From the NCBI GenBank assembly GCA_964615975.1, contig CAZTTH010000015.1:4265-68264 (forward strand): a stretch of 64,000 nt of DNA, given 5' to 3'. Shown here one piece after another: positions 1-9,250 of the stretch (positions are counted from its first letter, which is position 1; each line of letters starts with the position of its first letter). Under the pieces are notes generated by a model that saw only the letters and a program-made list of their open reading frames with translations, ran no database searches and was not told the DNA's origin. Position numbers and translations under genes: made by a program. This stretch comes from an uncultured Lentisphaerales bacterium. Its GTDB lineage: Bacteria > Verrucomicrobiota > Lentisphaeria > JABSQK01 > JAJFLO01.

Positions 1-325
1 CCTCACTGACACCGACGGTGATAATACACTCTTTTTCAGGATTGTATTGGACCCCATAATCACGGGCGACATAGCGGCAGATCGCTTCGCGCAACGATAA
101 TAAACCAAGATTGGAAGTATAGCTGGTATGCCCCTGTTCCAAGCTCTGTATGGCCGATTGGCGGATGACCTGGGGGGTAATGAAATCGGGCTCGCCAACC
201 CCCAATGTCACCACATCATCCATACTCAATACCAGATCAAAAAAGTCGCGGATACCGCTCCGCGGTAAATTTTCTATATGCCTGGCAATCCATTTCCTGG
301 ATTTCATTGTGTTGTCCATGGTCAT
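1..325 (-). CDS. PLP-dependent aminotransferase, class I/II (N-terminal ~108 codons; gene runs off the left edge)
   Basis: Reverse-strand translation from the ATG at 325 gives MTMDNTMKSRKWIARHIENLPRSGIRDFFDLVLSMDDVVTLGVGEPDFITPQVIRQSAIQSLEQGHTSYTSNLGLLSLREAICRYV... The SGIRDFF, LGVGEPDF and YTSNxG blocks are typical N-terminal aminotransferase signatures. It is absent from the ORF track because the window edge truncates it. Confidence 0.75.
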   Translation of the reverse strand, partial: MTMDNTMKSRKWIARHIENLPRSGIRDFFDLVLSMDDVVTLGVGEPDFITPQVIRQSAIQSLEQGHTSYTSNLGLLSLREAICRYVARDYGVQYNPEKECIITVGVSE

Positions 326-339
326 TTTTCCTTATTTGA

Positions 340-981
340 TTATGGCAGGGGGGGGACTTTTAATTTTTGTCCGACGATGATGGTGTCTGAATCAAGTTGA
401 TTGATGGTTTTTAGTTGGCTGAGACTGAGATTGAAGGCCTTGGCAATCGCGCCCAGGGTATCTCCTTTTTCAACGGTATAAATGCGGTAGTTGTCCGTGC
501 TTCCGGATGGGGATGGCGTCGTGGTTCGTTTATCCAATTCGGAAGTTACTTCCTTGATGACCGTGCTGACCGCATTTTGACGATTCTGACTTTCGATTTG
601 AATACGATTTCTCAAGGATTCGATATTTTCCTTATTTTCTTTCTTCAACACCTGGGTGTCGCTTTCCAATTGAGTAACACGGGTTTGTAACGCGATCACC
701 TGATTCTGCAAATCCTTTATTACCAGCGAATAGGTTTGGAGATCATGGACAAAGGATTCCCGCTGATCCTGTAATTTCTTTAAATCCTCGGCATAGGATT
801 TGCGCTGTTTGTTGATCTCGAGAATTATCTCATTCTTAAACGCGGTAATCTCGGCTTGAGATGATGAATTTTGCGCCTGGCTGGTCATGGTCATGATCAA
901 ACCGCTGGCGATCATGGAATGAGTTAAATTGCGAATCAAACGAGATGATAATTGCCTGGTAAATTGGGGTAAATAAATCAT
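340..981 (-). CDS. membrane-anchored coiled-coil protein with a C-terminal LysM domain
   Basis: The 213-aa ORF has a hydrophobic N-terminus and a long heptad-like Q/E/K/L-rich middle. The C-terminus YTVEKGDTLGAIAKAFNLSLSQLKTINQLDSDTIIVGQKLKVP matches the LysM peptidoglycan-binding motif. Confidence 0.7.
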   Translation of the reverse strand: MIYLPQFTRQLSSRLIRNLTHSMIASGLIMTMTSQAQNSSSQAEITAFKNEIILEINKQRKSYAEDLKKLQDQRESFVHDLQTYSLVIKDLQNQVIALQTRVTQLESDTQVLKKENKENIESLRNRIQIESQNRQNAVSTVIKEVTSELDKRTTTPSPSGSTDNYRIYTVEKGDTLGAIAKAFNLSLSQLKTINQLDSDTIIVGQKLKVPPLP

Positions 982-1175
982 AAGTGATATCCTCCTTTAT
1001 AGTCCCGAAAAATAATATTTTTGTTTGTCATTCCCTGGATCTTCGTTGTCTTGACATGTCATGCTCCACGTCGTCAGACTCCTGAACTTTTAGCCACCTA
1101 TACATTGGCGGCAATGGCATGTCGGTGCGTCGTTCTCAGAAACAAGTTCAGTTAAATCGTATCGCTTTAGCGGCG

Positions 1176-1325
1176 GTTGGAGTCCCGTCCCGCAAGTATG
1201 TGTTTGGCGTAGAGTTTTGAGTTCATCCTTTTCGGATGCTCCTCTCACAGGCATTATTGCCATTCAAGCTAAAAGCCTGTACTCCAACCGGCGCTAAACA
1301 CATACTTGCGGGACGGGACTCCAAC
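1176..1325 (+). repeat. structured intergenic repeat, family A copy 1 (candidate ncRNA or MITE-like element)
   Basis: The 34-nt arms at 1176-1209 and 1292-1325 are inverted repeats: 33 Watson-Crick pairs plus one G-U that is valid only on the + strand. They enclose a core at 1219-1294 that is 72/76 identical to 63228-63303 by manual alignment. Confidence 0.5.
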
Positions 1326-1529
1326 TCTGATTGCCCTCAATGATTACGCTAAACCCATACGGTCTCGAGAAGCTGTGACGCCGGTCCAGAGACCCGCGCC
1401 ACAATTTCCCGCCAATAGGCATTTGGACTTCCTTAACAGAAATACAGATCATTAAAGTTTTTTTCGCGGCCATCTTAGGTTTTGAGCTCCAGACAATGGT
1501 AAAAGAAACAAAAATACCTCATCATCTCC

Positions 1530-2777
1530 TCAAAGCCCCTCTCGGATTTGTCCGGCGCGCGCCAAGGCCAGCGCTTCGACGCTTTGCACTTCCATAAAAC
1601 CCTGAGAACTGACCGGGTTCAATCCCGCGCTCGCCTCCATTGAAGCATCCTCCATATTATATAAACTATGTGGACATGCCCGCAAGGCCTGAAAATAAAT
1701 GTTGCCCTTGTACAAGCCCACGGAAACTTCGCCGGTGGCAAATCGCGCCCATTCATCGATGGCAGCCTGGGCGGCATAGGTGACCGGGTCATAGAAACGG
1801 CCGTCATAGATTTGGTCGGCGATCAACTTCGATAATTGTTTGAACAATAATGCCGAACGTCGATCCATGGTCGCCTGATAAATGATTTCCAGACAGGTTC
1901 CGAGCAATTCCATCCCGGGCGCTTCATAAACCCCGCGGCTTTTGGCGCCGATCACCCGGTTTTCCAATGCGTTCTTAATCCCGATCCCATTCCGCCCGCC
2001 GATATCATTGGCGCTTTTCATGGCGCTTAACGGGCTGACAATTTCCCCGTTGATCGCCACTGCCATGCCATGCTTGAATTCGACTCTCACCTCTTCAATC
2101 CGATCCGGCGCCTCATGGGGCCAGACTCCCATCGTGGGGCTGACAATAGTGCAAGGCGTTTCCACGCTTTCCAAATCTTCGGCTTCATGCGATAATCCCG
2201 CAAGATTCGCATCGGTTGAGTACCGCTTCTTTGATTCCGGGGCAGTGTCGAGTCCCATGCATTTCAAATATTCCGCCATTTGCCTGCGACCAGGAAATTG
2301 GGAGAGCAAGTCGGGGTCACGCCAGGGGGCATAGATTTTCATATCCGGAGCCAGGACATTGGTGTAACGATGAAAGCGCACCTGATCATTGCCCCTGCCG
2401 GTGGCGCCATGCCCGAGCACGGTGCAGCCTTGTTGGCGCATTTGGGGAAGCAGACCACGCACGGTTACCGCCCGCGCCAATCCCGTGGTATTCCAATAAC
2501 CGCCATCGTATTTCGCCTGTGCCTTGATGACGGAAAAGCAGGCCTCTGCCATGGCTTCCTTGAGATCAACCATGACTGTGTCGACGCCACAGGGCTGCAT
2601 TTTGCGTTTGATGTCGTTGATATCACTTTCATCAGGTTGCGCCAGATCGGCGGAGAAGCATAATACATCAATATTCAATTCACGTAATTTGGTCGCGATG
2701 GTGCGGCTATCCAATCCGCCGGAAACGCACAGACCAAGCTTTTCTCCAATCAGATTTTTATATTCGTTTTTAAACAT
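1530..2777 (-). CDS. argG: argininosuccinate synthase (long, E. coli-type)
   Basis: MFKNEYKNLIGEKLGLCVSGGLDSR... carries the ATP-binding SGGLDS motif. GHGATGRGNDQVRF and the length of about 415 aa fit the long ArgG type. I chose the start at ATG 2777, which has GGAG 9 nt upstream. The track ORF start at 2867 adds 30 residues that are encoded by the reverse complement of repeat B copy 1. Confidence 0.9.
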   Translation of the reverse strand: MFKNEYKNLIGEKLGLCVSGGLDSRTIATKLRELNIDVLCFSADLAQPDESDINDIKRKMQPCGVDTVMVDLKEAMAEACFSVIKAQAKYDGGYWNTTGLARAVTVRGLLPQMRQQGCTVLGHGATGRGNDQVRFHRYTNVLAPDMKIYAPWRDPDLLSQFPGRRQMAEYLKCMGLDTAPESKKRYSTDANLAGLSHEAEDLESVETPCTIVSPTMGVWPHEAPDRIEEVRVEFKHGMAVAINGEIVSPLSAMKSANDIGGRNGIGIKNALENRVIGAKSRGVYEAPGMELLGTCLEIIYQATMDRRSALLFKQLSKLIADQIYDGRFYDPVTYAAQAAIDEWARFATGEVSVGLYKGNIYFQALRACPHSLYNMEDASMEASAGLNPVSSQGFMEVQSVEALALARAGQIREGL

Positions 2778-2828
2778 CGTTTTTACTCCAGGATGGGTTC
2801 GTAATTGGCAATGGGGGTGATGGATCAA

Positions 2829-2913
2829 GACTGCAAGCAGTCGAATTTTTATACGCCGCCGTTTCACTCCGGCTGCTAATCATGTAAGCTTTATCTAAAA
2901 CTCAAATGGGTTC
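2829..2913 (+). repeat. intergenic repeat, family B copy 1 (~85 nt)
   Basis: GACTGCAAGCAGTCGAATTTT...GCTTTATCTAAAACTCAAATGGGTTC. The first 21 nt are identical to copy 2 (61411) and differ at 1 position from copy 3 (reverse strand, 25026). The 3' block TTTxTCTAAA...GxGTTC is shared by all three. Confidence 0.5.
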
Positions 2914-3063
2914 AGTACCAGATCTGCTGACAGGATCACGCGCCGCGCCACAGCGAAGACGTGACGTTAAACCAGCGCTCACTTTAATTTGAGTTAAGGT
3001 TAACCTCAACCAGTGACTTTGCGATATGATTGAATTTCCGCATCGCAATTATCCAGGGCTCGA

Positions 3064-4155
3064 TTACACATTAAAGCGGAAAAAAACCACGTCGCCATCA
3101 TGCATGACATATTCCTTGCCTTCCAACCGCCATTTGCCTTTTTCCTTCGCTCCCTGCTCTCCGTTATAAGCGATATAGGCATCGTAGGCAATGATTTCGG
3201 CACGAATAAACCCGCGCTCGAAATCGGAGTGGATGACACCCGCGGATTGGGGCGCGGTGGCGCCTTTCGGGATGGTCCAGGCCCGGCACTCCTTGGGGCC
3301 AGCGGTAAAAAATGTTTGTAATCCCAGTAATTCATACCCGGCACGGATCAGACGATTCAAGCCCGGTTCTTCCAAACCCATAGCTTCGAGAAACTCACAA
3401 CGTTCAGCGGCCTCAAGTTGGATGAGTTCGGCTTCTGCCGAGGCGCAAATGGACACCGAGGTCGCATGCTCGTTAACGGCAATGGATTTTACCTGCTCGA
3501 CATAATCGTTTCCCCCCAGGCCGTTTTCGTCAACATTGGCAACATAAAGAACAGGTTTCATGGTGAGCAAATTCAATTCCTTGATACAATTGCGCTCATC
3601 TTTATTGAGTTCGAGCGCGCGCGCCGGCTGCCCGTTATTGAGTGTCTCCGCAATCCGTTCCAGTACGCGCTTGGTTAATCCCAGCTCCTTGTCACCGGAC
3701 TTCAACTGCTTGCTGATTCGATTCAGCGCACGATTGACGGTATCCATGTCAGCGAGCGCGAGTTCAGTATTGATGATCTCGATGTCAGCCGCGGGATCAA
3801 CCTTGCCGGCGACATGTACCACATTTTCATTGTCGAAACAACGCACCACGTGAGCGATTGCCTGAGTTTCGCGAATATGCGCGAGAAATTGATTTCCCAA
3901 TCCTTCGCCCTTGGACGCTCCCGCTACCAGGCCGGCGATATCAACGAATTCCATATGGGTGGGAACAATTTTTTCTGGAGAGACAATTGCCGCGATGCGG
4001 TCCAGGCGCGGATCAGGCATGGGCACGATGCCGACATTCGGTTCGATCGTGCAAAAAGGATAATTCTCCGCGGCGATACCGGAGTTGGTCAGTGCGTTGA
4101 ATAATGAAGATTTACCGACGTTTGGTAACCCGACGATGCCACATTTAAAACCCAT
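3064..4155 (-). CDS. ychF: ribosome-binding ATPase YchF (Obg-family GTPase fold)
   Basis: [23 protein letters not shown] carries the P-loop. The length is 363 aa and the C-terminal TGS-like end is ...[13 protein letters not shown]. Confidence 0.95.
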   Translation of the reverse strand: MGFKCGIVGLPNVGKSSLFNALTNSGIAAENYPFCTIEPNVGIVPMPDPRLDRIAAIVSPEKIVPTHMEFVDIAGLVAGASKGEGLGNQFLAHIRETQAIAHVVRCFDNENVVHVAGKVDPAADIEIINTELALADMDTVNRALNRISKQLKSGDKELGLTKRVLERIAETLNNGQPARALELNKDERNCIKELNLLTMKPVLYVANVDENGLGGNDYVEQVKSIAVNEHATSVSICASAEAELIQLEAAERCEFLEAMGLEEPGLNRLIRAGYELLGLQTFFTAGPKECRAWTIPKGATAPQSAGVIHSDFERGFIRAEIIAYDAYIAYNGEQGAKEKGKWRLEGKEYVMHDGDVVFFRFNV

Positions 4156-4313
4156 GAGAAAGAAAATATTTCGTGTTGGTGGTTCATGTTTTGGGATGAG
4201 ATACCAATTTGATATTCATCCGGTTTAATTTGCCTGAAGTCCCTAACCGCTTAACCCCGAGTCGGCCTTTCAGTTCTGATCCAATGAATTTCAGGAGTTA
4301 ACCGGTATGCGGA

Positions 4314-4850
4314 TCACTTGATTTTGGTCAGTTCAATGAGATGCGCTTCTTTGGCTTTGCCATTCTCATAACAACTCCATTCCTGACTGACATGATCTTG
4401 ATCCTTGAAGGTCAGAATCAATGAATGCATGTGGGGATCATTCAGCGATTTGATATTGCCGCCATCGATAAAATTGAAGGTAAATTTATCCGCCGCGGTT
4501 CCCACACCTGTTTTTAACCGGGGTTGATTGCCCAGCAAACAATAGTGGGTCATCACGATTTCATCGCCATCACAGGTATAAATTGAAACCATTTCCATGG
4601 GAGTTCCCGCAAAAAGTGTTTCCACGAGCGCCGATCCCCCCGCGGTCAAACGATATTGTATGATTCCGGGCTCATCTGGTTTTTCGCTGGATTTTCCTGA
4701 CCAATCACCCACCAATTGCGCCAGTTGTTTGAATTTTGGATTAACTGGCGGGGGGGGCGGCATTTGCTCCTCCGCAGTGGATGTTGTTGGCATCATGATA
4801 GCAGCGAAAACAACGAGGCATAAGATCGGGATGACACTAATGGTTTTCAT
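4314..4850 (-). CDS. hypothetical secreted protein
   Basis: The 178-aa ORF has a signal peptide (MKTISVIPILCLVVFAAIMMPTTSTAEE) followed by a small domain that looks beta-rich. I could not place the family with confidence. Confidence 0.6.
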   Translation of the reverse strand: MKTISVIPILCLVVFAAIMMPTTSTAEEQMPPPPPVNPKFKQLAQLVGDWSGKSSEKPDEPGIIQYRLTAGGSALVETLFAGTPMEMVSIYTCDGDEIVMTHYCLLGNQPRLKTGVGTAADKFTFNFIDGGNIKSLNDPHMHSLILTFKDQDHVSQEWSCYENGKAKEAHLIELTKIK

Positions 4851-5047
4851 CGTTAATTCCTTGGTTTTATTTGTGGATATTGGAGATTAAATGAGTTTTT
4901 TAGCAGACAAATTCTTGATGACTGGCATCAATTTGGGCTTATTCAACGCCGAATCATTCGTTGGTTTTGATATGATATTAATTTGCAATCGAGAAATGTG
5001 ATTCACAAAGTTAAAAAATACAATCGGTTCACTTCGGCAGGGAAGCT

Positions 5048-6139
5048 TTATCTGGTATTCATGAGTGAAATTTCCTTTTCCAAGCGGTGCGCCGAGTCGA
5101 TGGCAGTGATTTCCAGGATGAAATCTTCGATTTCACCTTCCATCACCCCAGGCAAATTAAAATGGGAGACACTGAAGCGATGATCGGTAACCCGGTTTTG
5201 CGGATAATTATAGGTCCGGATGCGCTCGCTGCGTTCACCGGTGCCGACTTGATTTTTCCGGTTGGCATCAAATTTCTCGCGTTCTTCGCGCTGTTTCTCT
5301 TCCAGAAGACGGGCGCGGAGTATACGGAGAGCAATTTCCTTGTTGCGATGCTGAGATTTTTCCTGCTGGCTGGCGACACTCAAGCCGCTGGGAATATGGG
5401 TCACGCGTACCGCCGAGTCGGTAGTATTCACACTTTGACCGCCGGGACCTGAGGAACGGAAAACATCGAAATGGAGATCTTCAGGATTAATTTTTATGTC
5501 AACATCCTTGGCTTCCGGTAACACCGCCACCGTCACTGTCGAGGTATGGATGCGGCCGGATGCCTCGGTGACAGGAACCCGCTGGACGCGATGGACACCG
5601 CTTTCAAGTTTCATCATCTTGAACACTGCGTCTCCTTCCAAACTGAACACCACTCCCTTGAATCCTCCCACTTCGGTTGAAGAGAGGTCGAGCACCTCCA
5701 TGCGCCATTTCTTCCGTTCCGATAATCGTGTGTACATGCGAAATAATTCGCTCGCGAACAAAGAGGCTTCATCGCCGCCGGCGGCAGGGCGAATTTCGAC
5801 AATGGTATTGCGTGAATCATTTTCGCCGGGAGGAAGAATCAGATTATAAACCTGGGTTTCGAGATGTTTGATTTCCACTTCAAGTTGAGCGATATCATTG
5901 CCGATCATCTCTTTCATTTCGTCATCGGTTTCATTCAGGATGAGGACTTGATTATCCGCCAACTCTTGTTTTTTTTTGCGGTAAAGTTGATCCGTGGTAA
6001 TCAAGTTTGTCAGCCGGATATGTTCCCGGGCGGTCTTTTCCGCGGTTTGACGATCCGAGTAAAAGTCAGGGCTTGCCATTCTCTGCTCGATGGCGATGAG
6101 ATTCTCACGGAGTTGATCAATTAGAGAAGAAACATCCAT
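5048..6139 (-). CDS. prfA: peptide chain release factor 1
   Basis: It has the GGQ motif (SSGPGGQSVNTTDSAVRVTHIPSG) and the RF1-type tripeptide region RVQRVPVTEASGRIHTS. I chose ATG 6139 (MDVSSLIDQL...). The track ORF begins at a TTG at 6184. Confidence 0.9.
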   Translation of the reverse strand: MDVSSLIDQLRENLIAIEQRMASPDFYSDRQTAEKTAREHIRLTNLITTDQLYRKKKQELADNQVLILNETDDEMKEMIGNDIAQLEVEIKHLETQVYNLILPPGENDSRNTIVEIRPAAGGDEASLFASELFRMYTRLSERKKWRMEVLDLSSTEVGGFKGVVFSLEGDAVFKMMKLESGVHRVQRVPVTEASGRIHTSTVTVAVLPEAKDVDIKINPEDLHFDVFRSSGPGGQSVNTTDSAVRVTHIPSGLSVASQQEKSQHRNKEIALRILRARLLEEKQREEREKFDANRKNQVGTGERSERIRTYNYPQNRVTDHRFSVSHFNLPGVMEGEIEDFILEITAIDSAHRLEKEISLMNTR

Positions 6140-6453
6140 ACCATTCTCAGAACCTGTAGAATAAATGATTGATGAATTGCTCAAGCAAGGTTTCAGTAAA
6201 TTTTCAGGCGAGGAAATGTCTCCACCCCGCTGATATCACGGCATGTCGTAATTTAACCGGATGCTCCGGGTATTTTCCGGAGATTTCTGGTTTAATTCTA
6301 TGATTCTGGTTGTTATAACTGCGGGGGAAATATCGACTCGAGATCCGCTGATCCCGAACCAACCTGAACCGACACGCGGGATAAACTCAGCTCACATCGT
6401 GTCGACAGAATAGTGCCATGGAGAACTGGTTGTCACCGAAAATAGTAATGCGA

Positions 6454-6660
6454 TTATTGCGCCATGTTGTAGCGACGCTTGAAGCGATCGACTCGTCCTT
6501 CGGTATCGACATACTTTTGCTTGCCGGTAAAAAAAGGATGACAACTGGCACAAATGGCTACTTTCGATTCTTTTTTTGTCGAACCGATATGATACGTCGT
6601 TCCGCATGCACAAGTGAATGTGGCATCGTCATAATACTGAGGATGGATTTTGCTTTTCAT
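6454..6660 (-). CDS. rpmE: 50S ribosomal protein L31
   Basis: MKSKIHPQYYDDATFTCACGTTYHIGSTKKESKVAICASCHPFFTGKQKYVDTEGRVDRFKRRY is the zinc-ribbon CxC...CxxC form. The start is at ATG 6660. Confidence 0.9.
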   Translation of the reverse strand: MKSKIHPQYYDDATFTCACGTTYHIGSTKKESKVAICASCHPFFTGKQKYVDTEGRVDRFKRRYNMAQ

Positions 6661-6735
6661 TGAGAGTAAGCCTTTATTGATTAATATTGGATTAACCAAA
6701 TCTGAATTAAATGAACGAACAAAGAATGTAGAATG

Positions 6736-8841
6736 TTAATCTTGAGTGGAATCGATCTCGCTCATGGCGGCTTTGCGACTAAGGCGAACCCGACCGCGGT
6801 CATCAATGTCAATGACCTTGACCGTTATTTTGTCTCCGAGTGAGCAGATATCTTCAACGGTTTTGACGCGATAATCAGCCATTTCCGAGATATGCAATAA
6901 ACCTTCTGTCCCGGGAATCACCTCAACAAAGGCGCCAAATTCCTTGATCGATTTCACAATTCCGCGATAGATCTTGCCGATTTCCACATCCTGGATAATC
7001 AGATTAATTGCTTCCAGCGCCTGTTGGAGACGTTCGCCGTTGTTGGAAAAAATCGCGACCGTGCCATCGTCTTCAATGTCAATGGAGACTTCATGGGTTT
7101 CGGTAATGCCGCGAATAACCTTGCCTCCGGGACCGATGAGCGCGCCAATTTTATCGGGATTGATTTTCAGGACATGAATTCGCGGCGCAAACGGACTTAT
7201 ATCGGTGCGCGGCTCGGTAATGCATTTATTCATTTCCTGGAGGATGAACAGACGCGCGCTTTTGTTGCGTAACATGGCGTCATACAACAGATTGAGCGGA
7301 ATGCCGGGGATCTTGAGATCGAGCTGGAAACCGGTAATCCCATCGACTGTTCCCGCCACTTTGAAGTCCATATCGCCATAATGATCTTCACTGCCGAGAA
7401 TATCGGTCAGCAAAATCGCCTGATCATCCTCGCATACCAGACCGCAGGAAATTCCCGCCACCGGTTTTTTCAGGGGCACGCCGGCATCCATCAATGCCAG
7501 GGTAGCGCCGCACACTGACGCCATCGAGGTCGAGCCGTTGGAACTCATGATATCGGCTACACAACGGACAACATAGGGATAATTGTCCGGCATCATCGGA
7601 GCCACAGAACGTTCTGCCAGCGCCCCATGGCCGATCTCCCGACGCCCTGGCCCCATGATTCTACCAGTTTCGCCGGTGCTGAAATTAGGAAAATTATAAT
7701 GCAGATAAAACCTTTTCTCGGATTCTCCTCCAGTGATGGCATCCTGACCCTGGGTTTCGCTGCTCGGCCCCAAAGTAATGGTCACCAGTGCCTGGGTTTC
7801 TCCGCGGGCAAATATAGCAGATCCATGCGTTCGCGGCAGCACACTGACTTCACAATTCAGAGGGCGTAATTCATCGATTTTGCGACCATCGCTGCGCAGG
7901 CCATCTTCCAACAGCATGCGCCGGACGATGGAGCGGCTCTCTTCTTCGAATGCCTTGTTTATCTTTGAGGAAGTATCGTTGGGATCACCGGCGAATTGTT
8001 CCAGCAGGGACACCAGGAGCTCATCCCGGAATTTCTTGATTGCCTCCACGCGCTGGGTTTTATCCGGGATACTGAAATAATCACGAAGCTTGCTGATGCA
8101 ATTGTTTCTGACGGCCTCTGCGATATCCAGTGGGATAGGATTGGCGTCATAGCATTTTTCGCTTTTCCCGAGTTCTGCCGCCAGTTGTTTTTGTCCGTCA
8201 ATTTGCTTTTTGACGATTTCATTGGCGAAAACCGTGGCATCGCGAAGCAGTTCTTCACTGACTTCATAGGATGACCCTTCGATCATGATGACTTTGTCAG
8301 CGATGCCGGCATAGACCAGGTCCAGGTCGCTTTTTTCTAATTCTGCATGACTCGGATTGGCGATGAATTTACCATCAACATGGCCGACCCGCAGCGCCCC
8401 GATCGGTCCCATGAAAGGGATATCGGAGATGGTCAGGGCGGCTGAAGCGGCAATGATACCGAGAACATCGGCATCATATTCACCATCGGCACTTAACAGG
8501 ATACATTGGATTTGAACATCACAGACATAACCTTTGGGAAATAATGGCCGAATGGGACGGTCAATCATCCGTGAGGACAGGATTTCTTTTTCGGATGGTC
8601 GTCCTTCTCTTTTGAAGTAACCGCCGGGAATCATCCCCGCGGCGCTGAACTTCTCCCGATAATCGACCTGCAAGGGAAAAAAGTCAATGTTCTGACGGGG
8701 CGCGGAAGAACAAGCGGCGGCCAGGATGATGGTATCTCCCTGGCGGACAGTTACCGCGCCACTGGCCAGGAGCGCCAGCTTCCCGGTTTCTATAGTGATA
8801 TTTGAATTTTCGGATAAAGCGATTGTGATGTTATTCGGCAT
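6736..8841 (-). CDS. pnp: polyribonucleotide nucleotidyltransferase (PNPase)
   Basis: It has two RNase PH domains and C-terminal KH plus S1 domains (...GKIYRGIVKSIKEFGAFVEVIPGTEGLLHISE...). The start is ATG 8841 (MPNNITIAL) with GAGAGG upstream. Confidence 0.95.
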   Translation of the reverse strand: MPNNITIALSENSNITIETGKLALLASGAVTVRQGDTIILAAACSSAPRQNIDFFPLQVDYREKFSAAGMIPGGYFKREGRPSEKEILSSRMIDRPIRPLFPKGYVCDVQIQCILLSADGEYDADVLGIIAASAALTISDIPFMGPIGALRVGHVDGKFIANPSHAELEKSDLDLVYAGIADKVIMIEGSSYEVSEELLRDATVFANEIVKKQIDGQKQLAAELGKSEKCYDANPIPLDIAEAVRNNCISKLRDYFSIPDKTQRVEAIKKFRDELLVSLLEQFAGDPNDTSSKINKAFEEESRSIVRRMLLEDGLRSDGRKIDELRPLNCEVSVLPRTHGSAIFARGETQALVTITLGPSSETQGQDAITGGESEKRFYLHYNFPNFSTGETGRIMGPGRREIGHGALAERSVAPMMPDNYPYVVRCVADIMSSNGSTSMASVCGATLALMDAGVPLKKPVAGISCGLVCEDDQAILLTDILGSEDHYGDMDFKVAGTVDGITGFQLDLKIPGIPLNLLYDAMLRNKSARLFILQEMNKCITEPRTDISPFAPRIHVLKINPDKIGALIGPGGKVIRGITETHEVSIDIEDDGTVAIFSNNGERLQQALEAINLIIQDVEIGKIYRGIVKSIKEFGAFVEVIPGTEGLLHISEMADYRVKTVEDICSLGDKITVKVIDIDDRGRVRLSRKAAMSEIDSTQD

Positions 8842-9003
8842 TGTGAACCTCTCTGATGTTGTCTGCAAACCGGTTTTTGTTTTCTGTGCTTGATTATAGT
8901 CTGGTTTCACCCAAAGTCGTCACCTTCAGCGATTCCGTCCTGCGCGCCGGGGTTAGAATTAACGAAAGCACATTTATTGTTTTTTCTTGTTTCAAAGGCA
9001 GGA

Positions 9004-9032
9004 ATAATAATCGTGTTAGCTCATGCTGTCAA
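9004..9032 (-). promoter_or_regulatory. candidate sigma70-type promoter for pnp
   Basis: The minus strand reads TTGACA-gcatgagctaacacgat(17 nt)-TATTAT. This would give a leader of about 155 nt before the pnp start. No experimental support. Confidence 0.35.
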
Positions 9033-9250
9033 TCAGTATTTTTGATTAGCATGCCTTCGCCATGAGAATCTTATCCCAATGAAGATTGCGGCGTCCATTA
9101 CATTTTTTGGGCCGCGCGTAGAGGTGAGCTCTCGCCATCTAATCATTACTCTGAATGATTTTAGAGTAAATTCGTTCTTTAAACTATCGCAATCGCGGGA
9201 AGGGGAAGTCACCTTGAACCGGAAATTGAATCGCGTGAATCAGACCGGTA

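Noticed and set aside
1176-1325. Family A elements as retron msr/msd or DGR template repeats
   Set aside because: Both would need an adjacent reverse transcriptase. The neighbours here are argG, a LysM protein and cohesin-like proteins, and no RT-like ORF occurs anywhere in the window. The differences between copies are not adenine-specific either.
2778-2867. N-terminal 30-codon extension of the argG ORF (track start 2867)
   Set aside because: The extension has no ArgG similarity and is basic and hydrophobic junk text. It is the reverse complement of repeat B copy 1. ATG 2777 has a GGAG RBS and gives the conserved N-terminus.
8842-9250. Expected rpsO gene upstream of pnp
   Set aside because: No S15-like ORF lies on the minus strand in this 409-nt region. 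It instead contains a plausible promoter and a long leader.
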